Shown one piece after another: positions 24,948-31,771 of a DNA stretch of 43,223 nt; position 1 is the stretch's first letter; each line of letters opens with the position of its first letter. The translations under genes were made by a program, and so were the position numbers. The stretch comes from an uncultured Dehalococcoidales bacterium (lineage in GTDB: Bacteria; Chloroflexota; Dehalococcoidia; GIF9; UBA5629). Under the pieces are notes generated by a model. The model saw nothing but the letters and a program-made list of their open reading frames with translations. It made no database searches and was not told where the DNA came from. The stretch spans positions 1-43,223 of the forward strand of contig CAYVBI010000002.1 of assembly GCA_964448985.1 (NCBI GenBank), given 5' to 3'.

Positions 24948-25898
24948 CTAGGCTTTTCTTTTTATTACGCGCATCGCCGCGTTTGCTATATGTTCTGGCG
25001 ACATAGAATATTTCTCCAAAAGCAGGTTAAAGTCGCCCGATTCCGCAAAGGTATCTCGAAGACCGATTCTCTGTTGAGGAACCGGGCAGTTTTCCGCTAA
25101 GACTTCGGCCACAGCTGAGCCTAGTCCCCCATTTATTTGATGGTCCTCTACTGTCACAATCGCTCCTGTCTCCCTGGCCGCCTTTATTATTGCCGCTTTA
25201 TCCAGGGGTTTGAGCGTTGGCATATCTATGAGGGTGGCGGAGACACCCATTTTTTTTAGCAGATCGAGTGCCTCGAGCGTGATATAGGTCATGTCTCCGA
25301 TGGAAATCAGGGTTACATCCGGCCCATCTGCAAGTTTAAAGGATCTGCCTATTTTAAAATCCATGTTCTTGTCGTAAATGATGGGTATTTCATCTCGGGT
25401 AAATCGCAGATACACCGGACCTATGTGTTCTGCCGCAGCTCGTACTGCAGCCTTGGTCATGACATAATCGGTGGGAACGATTACGGTCATATTAGGTATA
25501 GTCCTCATGATAGAGAGATCCTCTGTTGCCTGGTGAGTGACGCCGTCAGTACAAGGTGTAATCCCGCCATGGGCCACGGCAATTTTTACGTTTAGTCTGG
25601 GATAACAAACAAAGGTTCTTACTTGCTCGCATGCTCTCATGGATGCAAATACAGCATAAGTTGAGACAAACGGTATCAATCCTGTGGTAGCAATGCCGGC
25701 AGCTATCATAACCTCGTTTTGTTCGGCTACCCCGACATTGAAAAACCTGTCAGGGAAAGCTTTCGCAAAGTAACAGGTCTTGGTTGAAGAGGATATGTCC
25801 GCTTCAATAACCACAATATTAGAATTTTGTTTTCCGAGCTCAACAAGTTCTTCTCCGTAGGCTTCTCGTGTAAATCCTTTTTGCATACATTCTTCCAT
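24948..25898 (-). CDS. Transketolase-like protein, C-terminal (Pyr plus C-domain) subunit
   Basis: Motifs FNVGVAEQNEV, HGGITPCTDGVTHQATEDLSIMRTIPN and GPVYLRFTRDE. It is encoded upstream of the N-type subunit. Confidence 0.88.
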   Translation of the reverse strand: MEECMQKGFTREAYGEELVELGKQNSNIVVIEADISSSTKTCYFAKAFPDRFFNVGVAEQNEVMIAAGIATTGLIPFVSTYAVFASMRACEQVRTFVCYPRLNVKIAVAHGGITPCTDGVTHQATEDLSIMRTIPNMTVIVPTDYVMTKAAVRAAAEHIGPVYLRFTRDEIPIIYDKNMDFKIGRSFKLADGPDVTLISIGDMTYITLEALDLLKKMGVSATLIDMPTLKPLDKAAIIKAARETGAIVTVEDHQINGGLGSAVAEVLAENCPVPQQRIGLRDTFAESGDFNLLLEKYSMSPEHIANAAMRVIKRKA

Positions 25899-25947
25899 TA
25901 TTTAATAAATTTTGTATCGTTGTGACATTCGAATCTATCAATACCGT

Positions 25948-26991
25948 TTATGTTGGTTCAATCATAACCTTAATCGAATCACGTTCCTTATGTTGGTTGA
26001 ATGCTGTTTCCCAGTTAGCTAATTTATATCTGTGGGTTATAAAAAAGCTTTCAACGATTTTGCTTTCTTTTAGCAGTTGCAGGCTTTTGTCCCATGATCT
26101 CAGGGTAAATCCCAGCGATCCGAAAATTGCTAATTGCTTCGTTACTATAGAATCGACATCGACAGACGATTTTTTCCCGGATAATCCTACCTGCACCAGC
26201 GATCCCATTTTTCTTAAGTTATTGATACAATTGTTCAAAGACATATCAACCCCCGAGCATTCAAAGCATTTATCAAAAGTACGTGCCCCAAATTTATCGA
26301 GTAGGCTCTTGCCAATATCTTTTTTATCGACGTTTACAATCAGGTCCGCACCGAGTTTTTGCCCAATTCGAAATCTCTTCTCATCGTTTGAAATACCTGC
26401 TAAAACAACAGTACAGTTACGTAGCTTTAATAAAGCCGTTATCATAAGGCCTATGGTTCCAGAGCCGGAAACCAGGCAAATATCTGTGGGAAGAATGTTT
26501 ACAAAATCATCAACGCTTTGTATGCAACATGAAAGGGGTTCAATCAAGGCACCGCCTTCAAAGCTAATATTTTCAGGTAATCTATAGACCATATCCTCTC
26601 TTACACAAACGAATTCAGTCATCGCTCCATTTACACCGTGTCCCATGCCCCTTCTTGAAGGGCAAAAAATAAAGTTGCCACTCTTACAATATTCGCAAGT
26701 GCCACATGTGATGGCTGTAGAGGGCAGTACGACGACCCTATCCCCGATTTTCAGTTCCCTCGTGTTTTGTACATCCTTTCCGATATCGGCTATTTCACCT
26801 GAAAATTCATGACCCAAAATGACAGGGGGATTATAATAGGGGAAATTTCCTGCGTGTATATGCAAATCGGTACCACACACCCCAACAGATTTCACGCTTA
26901 TTTTTATCTCCATACTTGTACATTTTGGTTCCTTAATATCCATCAACTCTACGTTTCCAAATCCCCTGGTCTTTTTGATCAAGGCTTTCAT
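25948..26991 (-). CDS. Zinc-dependent medium-chain dehydrogenase (sorbitol/polyol-dehydrogenase-like)
   Basis: Motifs GVCGTDLH and GHEFSGEI, structural zinc site CGTCEYCKSGNFIFC, and the GSGTIGL nucleotide fold. Confidence 0.85.
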   Translation of the reverse strand: MKALIKKTRGFGNVELMDIKEPKCTSMEIKISVKSVGVCGTDLHIHAGNFPYYNPPVILGHEFSGEIADIGKDVQNTRELKIGDRVVVLPSTAITCGTCEYCKSGNFIFCPSRRGMGHGVNGAMTEFVCVREDMVYRLPENISFEGGALIEPLSCCIQSVDDFVNILPTDICLVSGSGTIGLMITALLKLRNCTVVLAGISNDEKRFRIGQKLGADLIVNVDKKDIGKSLLDKFGARTFDKCFECSGVDMSLNNCINNLRKMGSLVQVGLSGKKSSVDVDSIVTKQLAIFGSLGFTLRSWDKSLQLLKESKIVESFFITHRYKLANWETAFNQHKERDSIKVMIEPT

Positions 26992-27848
26992 TTCATATTT
27001 CCTTTTTTATATAAATAGAAACCACCCACATGTAATATTTTCAATTTGCTATCAACTCCAGTGCCCATCAATAGCTTTTTTATAATTGCAGGATCAGAAT
27101 CCGTGTAGGGGATAATGCCATAATGCATGGGTATGATTACCTTTGGTTTTATTACCTTAATTAGCCGGATTCCCTCTTCGGCCGTTAAATTACCGCCTTT
27201 ACCATTGGCGGCCAGCAGAAGAATATCGATATTGAACTCTTTTAGATCTTTGAAACCGGCTAGGGATTCAGTGTCGCTTGTATGATATATATTGATATGA
27301 TCGATTGATAGAATATAGCCCTGGCCATCATCTTCGTTATAAATTTCCTTATTCGATTTAAGAGAAGCGGCGATATTCAGCGAACCCCGATGTTTTGCGT
27401 GAAACGCAGTGACGTGACAGTCATGATCGAGTTGTAATGATTCACCTCTTCTTATTATCTTGATGCTGTTCGCAGGGACTCCCAGTTTCCCGAGATGTTT
27501 TGCGCAAGATTCCGGTCCGATAAAAGTCATGCTACTTTTATCTTTTATTCCCGAGACGGTTTCAGGATCCAGATGATCAAGATGATCATGAGTACAAAAA
27601 TAATAATCACAGCTAATTTCGCCTGGTTTAAGAGGGAGGCTCACCAGCCGGCTGAGCTCTTTTTCAGCATTTTGAAAAAGCGGCTTTAAAACGTTGTAAA
27701 CACTATTTGATAAATAGGGATCGATAATAATCTTTTTATTCAGGGTTCTAAAATAAAAACCGGCGCTGCCCAGCCACCAGATTAATACCTCATCGGGAGA
27801 TAATGGGTACTCGTTAAAAGTTTTTATTGTATTGCTCATAAGTTGCAT
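26988..27848 (-). CDS. MBL-fold metallo-hydrolase (UlaG/COG2220-like)
   Basis: THDHLDH (HxHxDH) motif, N-terminal LIWWLGSAGFYF...IIIDPYL, and a 4-nt overlap with the next gene. Confidence 0.8.
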   Translation of the reverse strand: MQLMSNTIKTFNEYPLSPDEVLIWWLGSAGFYFRTLNKKIIIDPYLSNSVYNVLKPLFQNAEKELSRLVSLPLKPGEISCDYYFCTHDHLDHLDPETVSGIKDKSSMTFIGPESCAKHLGKLGVPANSIKIIRRGESLQLDHDCHVTAFHAKHRGSLNIAASLKSNKEIYNEDDGQGYILSIDHINIYHTSDTESLAGFKDLKEFNIDILLLAANGKGGNLTAEEGIRLIKVIKPKVIIPMHYGIIPYTDSDPAIIKKLLMGTGVDSKLKILHVGGFYLYKKGNMK

Positions 27849-27856
27849 GTAACCTG

Positions 27857-27869
27857 ACTATCTGATAGT
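27857..27869. repeat. 13-bp palindrome ACTATC-T-GATAGT in an intra-operon gap
   Basis: It lies between the DUF4432-like gene end (27903) and the MBL gene start (27848). A 1-nt centre means it cannot be an RNA hairpin loop, so a protein-binding site is more likely if it is functional. Confidence 0.25.
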
Positions 27870-27902
27870 GACAATTAGAAAATCAGGATGTCATAATAGT
27901 AC

Positions 27903-28979
27903 CTATATTGCTTCAACATATTCTTTATATGCGTCGATCTCTTTCTTGGATTTTAGTATCCCCATCTCAATGTGATATTGAACCTCTTCATCCGGTTTCA
28001 AGAATCGTAATCTGCCCTCTTTTCTTTCGATAGCCCTGCCGTGTACATTGCAGTTGGCCGGTTCAATTCCTACCACGTACTCACTCTGGCCCAGCATTTT
28101 CCACTCGTTTAAATAGGGTAAATTATTCTTATTAAACTTGATATATAATCCAATCCCCGTGCCTTCGAATGCTTCATTTATGATCGCTGCAGTTGCAAAT
28201 CCTGCTTTATCTGCCTTTATATCATGCAAGAAAACATTTTCTTTATAACCCTTAACCGGTTCATTAAAAGTTGAATAATTCGATAGTCCTTTGCTTGCAT
28301 CATCATTAAATGGAACTACGTTACTTTCAGGTACAATCAGTACCGAGTCTTTATCAAGCACAGGAAATCCTATGTTGATGTGGTATATGATCATATGGGG
28401 ACTATCTTCAAATCCTATGTTTTTAACTATATCGTCTACGTATAATTTGTCTTCTCCCATTTTTACCAAAATCTTTCTTTTTAGTTCCAGTTTGTTTCCA
28501 AACACCGAAGACTCCCTGACCAGGCCATGAACTTCCATGAAATAATCGTCTTCAATCCAGTATTCATTGGTATGAACATTATATGCAGGGAGATTCGAAA
28601 TTCTTCCGTGTAGTCCCAGTTCTTCACCCACATCCGTGGTGGGATGCCCGGCGTAAGTCAATCCGCACGTTGTAAGTATCCCCCCAAAAAAGGCCTTCAG
28701 CCATTCTGAACCTTTCACATCATAAAAATAGGGCGAGGTCTCGAAATTAGATGAATTCCAGCACATAGGGACACCCTTATATTCAAAATGGCTTATATCC
28801 ATGCCCCTATCAACAAGGACGGTTGCGTTTAAGCCATTGCCATTCTTTATTTCGATGGCTCTTATTCCCTTCGAGACACCATCTATGTATTCGAATTGTT
28901 TTATTCCACCGATCTGGTAGATATCGCCGATCCTCTGCCTGATCTCGTTTTTTGAATAGTTTTTATTGTATAAATACAA
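27903..28979 (-). CDS. Aldose-1-epimerase-like protein (DUF4432 type)
   Basis: 358 aa with a TTG start and a GGAGGGG SD. The N-terminal pattern ...IRQRIGDIYQIGGIKQFEYIDGVSKGIRAIEIKNGNGLNATVLVDRGMDISHFEYKGVPMCW matches the DUF4432 family as I remember it. Confidence 0.55.
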   Translation of the reverse strand: MYLYNKNYSKNEIRQRIGDIYQIGGIKQFEYIDGVSKGIRAIEIKNGNGLNATVLVDRGMDISHFEYKGVPMCWNSSNFETSPYFYDVKGSEWLKAFFGGILTTCGLTYAGHPTTDVGEELGLHGRISNLPAYNVHTNEYWIEDDYFMEVHGLVRESSVFGNKLELKRKILVKMGEDKLYVDDIVKNIGFEDSPHMIIYHINIGFPVLDKDSVLIVPESNVVPFNDDASKGLSNYSTFNEPVKGYKENVFLHDIKADKAGFATAAIINEAFEGTGIGLYIKFNKNNLPYLNEWKMLGQSEYVVGIEPANCNVHGRAIERKEGRLRFLKPDEEVQYHIEMGILKSKKEIDAYKEYVEAI

Positions 28980-29021
28980 TTGCCCCTCCGATTCTGAATT
29001 ATCAGGGGATCACTACAATAC

Positions 29022-29834
29022 TTAAAGACATTTCCGGCGATACCTTTTAACACACTTGGGATGATGAGATTCCGGCATTGGAATATAGCAAGTCGTACCA
29101 CCGTCGATATAGATTATCTGGCCTGTGATATGCAAAGCTTTTTTGCTGCATAAAAAAATCACTGGGTCAGTCACTTCTTTTAACATGCCGATTTTTCCTT
29201 GGGGTATGAAGGGAAACCAATTTTCTGGATAATCCGGATCTAAATTGAAATTGCGAGCTACAGCGATCGTTCCTGGAGAGACACAGTTCACTCTGATATT
29301 GTATTTAGCTAGCTCGACAGCCAGGGATTTTGTTATCAAATTCACTCCACCCTTGGACGTACAATAGGGCACTAAATAATTCATATATGCATGGCCACCC
29401 ATACTGCCAATATTGATAATTACACCACCCTTATTCTTTTTCATGGAAGGCAAGGCCATTTGAGTACATAAGAAGATACTCTTAAGATTGGTATTTAATG
29501 TACTATCCCAGTCATCTTCCGAAAAATCCTCGAATGCTTTCCAGATTGCCACCGCCGAATTATTAATCAGGATATCAACTCGACCGAATTTCGCGTAGGT
29601 GATTTCATACATATTTTTTACATCGTCAAATCTGCCCACGTCTGCTCTTACTGCAATACACTGCCTGCCGAAAGCCTCTACCTTGCATTTTGTGTCGAGA
29701 GCACCGTCTTTATCCGAAAAGTAATTTACTACTACGTCAGCCCCGTGGTTAGCTAATCCTATAGCTATATCTTTGCCAATGCCTTTGCTTGAGCCGGTGA
29801 CCAGTGCCACTTTGCCAATAAATTCCCTCTTCAT
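29022..29834 (-). CDS. Short-chain dehydrogenase/reductase (SDR)
   Basis: Motifs TGSSKGIGKDIA and NNSA, and catalytic S...YCTSK. It has an unusually long Cys/His/Arg-rich tail after the DGG motif. Confidence 0.85.
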   Translation of the reverse strand: MKREFIGKVALVTGSSKGIGKDIAIGLANHGADVVVNYFSDKDGALDTKCKVEAFGRQCIAVRADVGRFDDVKNMYEITYAKFGRVDILINNSAVAIWKAFEDFSEDDWDSTLNTNLKSIFLCTQMALPSMKKNKGGVIINIGSMGGHAYMNYLVPYCTSKGGVNLITKSLAVELAKYNIRVNCVSPGTIAVARNFNLDPDYPENWFPFIPQGKIGMLKEVTDPVIFLCSKKALHITGQIIYIDGGTTCYIPMPESHHPKCVKRYRRKCL

Positions 29835-30022
29835 GCGCTCTTCTCAAAATTAATTTCGTATTGCCTAAGTCAAAATTACATCACGGTTGCGCAGACTGTC
29901 AAAGACGATCTGAGACTGCCTATTACGACCATGTGTTAGAGCGTAAAATAACTGATTACATGTTCAGTAAATGAGGTTAGAAGATTTTGGATGATGCATG
30001 TATAGATCGCAGATTTGATTGA

Positions 30023-30051
30023 TTTACTTGTTACAGGCCGGTAAGTATAAT
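30023..30051 (+). promoter_or_regulatory. Candidate promoter upstream of the first GH57 gene
   Basis: TTTACT (30023-30028), a 17-nt spacer, then a perfect TATAAT (30046-30051). The leader to ATG 30191 is about 135 nt. Confidence 0.4.
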
Positions 30052-30087
30052 ATCCTCAGATACAGGGTGTGGTGGTTCTTTGCGACC

Positions 30088-30098
30088 TAAAAGGCTTA
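30088..30098 (+). repeat. Right copy of the 11-bp direct repeat TAAAAGGCTTA
   Basis: Identical to 14347-14357. It lies in the 356-nt gap between the SDR gene and the GH57 gene. Confidence 0.5.
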
Positions 30099-30190
30099 TC
30101 AGGTAAATTGAGGTCATTGAGAGCCAGTTTTGAAGCATTTATGAATGACAGAGCTGGGATTTTATATGGGTCAAGGGAAAGTATAGTAGC

Positions 30191-31498
30191 ATGATTTATT
30201 GGGCGCCTCTGTTTCATTTTTATCAGCCGCCGACTCAGAGTCCCTCCATATTGATGAAGGTGGCCAACGAGTCTTACCGACCCGTGCTGGAGGTGTTTGA
30301 CGAATTCCCCCGGGCCAGGGCTACATTCAATATCAACGGTGTGCTCAGCGAGATGCTCGGCCTGTACGGATACGGCGATGTGCTGAGCGAAATGCGCAAG
30401 CTGGCCGAGAGGGGTCAGATCGAGTTTACAGGTTCTGGGAAATATCATCCAATATTGCCCCTCATACCTGAAGATGAGATGGCCAGGCAGATTATGCTCA
30501 ATCAAACGACAAATCGCGAGTATCTGGGCGAAGTGTATCAGCCAAGAGGGTTCTTCCCCCCGGAGATGTGTTACTCAAGGGACATCGCAGGGCCTGTAAG
30601 CGCTGCGCGCCATGAATGGATTATTGTCAGCGGTATCGCCTGCCCTGTGGGCTGGCCCATGGATGTCATCCATCGCATCGATTACGCCGGCCAATCGCTG
30701 GCCGTGTTTTTCCGCGACGATATCCTCAGCAACAAGATCAGCTTTAAAGATGTGGACGGCAAGGGGTTCATCGAGCATTTAAAGCAACTGCGCCAGGGCG
30801 AAGGCGATATCTATGTGATAACCGCCATGGACGCAGAGACATTCGGCCACCACATACAGCACTGGGACCGGCTTTTCCTCTCCCAGGTATACGAGACACT
30901 CGTGCCGGACGAAGATAGCCGGGCCGTGATGCTCGAACAGAAGCCGCTGGCCGAGCAACATCGTAAGCTCTTTGAGTACGAGAGGTCTCAGGACGCCGAT
31001 GAGATCAGGATTGTTACAATCAGCCAGTTACTCGATCTATTTCCAGAGGGCGGAAAGATCAGCCCCAGACCTTCATCGTGGAGCACATCGGCCGGCGATA
31101 TAGAGGCGGGTAATTACTATCCTCTCTGGCAGGATAAGAACAATGCGGTGCATAAGATGCAGTGGGAACATCTGGACCTGACCATAAAAGCGGTGCATAA
31201 AGCTATTGAAGTAGGGGACAATCCCGATAGTCTAAAGTACGTTGAGATAGCCAGAAATACGCTGGATTGCGCACTGCACAGCTGCCAGTTCTGGTGGGCC
31301 AGCAGGAAACCTATGTGGGATATCAATATGATAGATAAAGGCCTGGCACAACAGCGGGAAGCGCTATTAAACGCAGTCAAAGCTATATCGCTGAGCCGAT
31401 GCAGCCAGCAGGAAAAGAAGGAGATTTATTATAGTGCAATAGCGGCCAGACACGTATTTGACCGAATGACTGATTACCTTTTCATGGATCAGGTGTAA
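30191..31498 (+). CDS. GH57-family protein (short, branching-enzyme-like motif set)
   Basis: The GH57 conserved regions are present: HFYQP, GQIEFTGSGKYHPILPL, FPPEMCY (Glu), MDAETFGHH (Asp) and HSCQFWW. 435 aa. Confidence 0.75.
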   Translation: MIYWAPLFHFYQPPTQSPSILMKVANESYRPVLEVFDEFPRARATFNINGVLSEMLGLYGYGDVLSEMRKLAERGQIEFTGSGKYHPILPLIPEDEMARQIMLNQTTNREYLGEVYQPRGFFPPEMCYSRDIAGPVSAARHEWIIVSGIACPVGWPMDVIHRIDYAGQSLAVFFRDDILSNKISFKDVDGKGFIEHLKQLRQGEGDIYVITAMDAETFGHHIQHWDRLFLSQVYETLVPDEDSRAVMLEQKPLAEQHRKLFEYERSQDADEIRIVTISQLLDLFPEGGKISPRPSSWSTSAGDIEAGNYYPLWQDKNNAVHKMQWEHLDLTIKAVHKAIEVGDNPDSLKYVEIARNTLDCALHSCQFWWASRKPMWDINMIDKGLAQQREALLNAVKAISLSRCSQQEKKEIYYSAIAARHVFDRMTDYLFMDQV

Positions 31499-31533
31499 AT
31501 ACGGTCAGCCGTTGCTGACGGAGGATTAATGAT

Positions 31534-31755
31534 ATGAGGTCCCGAGAGCTTGCTGGAAAAGAGGTTATCGACTCCGGCGCACGGATCGTCGGGCGCGTGA
31601 AGGATGTCGAAATAGACCCGGTGAAATGGGACGTTACGGGCATAATTGTTTCAACTGGATTCATGCGGACCAGGACCCTGTTAACGGGCGATATCGATAA
31701 GGTCGGCGACAAGGTGGTGCTTAAGGTATCCACAGACAAGACGCGTAAAGCCTGA
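31534..31755 (+). CDS. Stand-alone PRC-barrel domain protein (73 aa)
   Basis: GGAGG upstream. MRSRELAGKEVIDSGARIVGRVKDVEIDPVKWDVTGIIV...VGDKVVLKV is a paralog of 9112-9342. Confidence 0.6.
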   Translation: MRSRELAGKEVIDSGARIVGRVKDVEIDPVKWDVTGIIVSTGFMRTRTLLTGDIDKVGDKVVLKVSTDKTRKA

Positions 31756-31771
31756 GCACAAGGGTTCATAT

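Noticed and set aside
21062-25898. The idea that GH31 plus the split transketolase form a sulfoquinovose sulfo-transketolase pathway (sulfoquinovosidase plus sulfofructose transketolase).
   Set aside because: The GH31 protein has classical alpha-glucosidase-type motifs (LDIDY, VVWPG..FPDF, WHDMNEP), not the sulfoquinovosidase-type sulfonate-binding signature as I remember it. No sulfoquinovose isomerase, sulfoacetaldehyde reductase or sulfonate exporter is present. The two genes lie on opposite strands in different compositional blocks.
25922-26587. A 221-aa plus-strand ORF overlapping the Zn-dehydrogenase gene.
   Set aside because: It is antisense to a gene with complete catalytic and structural zinc motifs. 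Its product is Ser/Phe/Leu-rich with no recognisable domain.
29835-30190. The 356-nt AT-rich intergenic region, considered as a hiding place for a tRNA, sRNA or mobile-element end.
   Set aside because: There is no tRNA-like T-arm (GGTTCGAATCC-type) sequence and there are no terminal inverted repeats. I saw only a promoter-like element and the boundary 11-mer.
30056-30505. A 149-aa minus-strand ORF spanning the GH57 gene start and its upstream region.
   Set aside because: It overlaps the N-terminal GH57 motifs (HFYQP, GQIEF) on the opposite strand and has no SD or motif. It is probably spurious.
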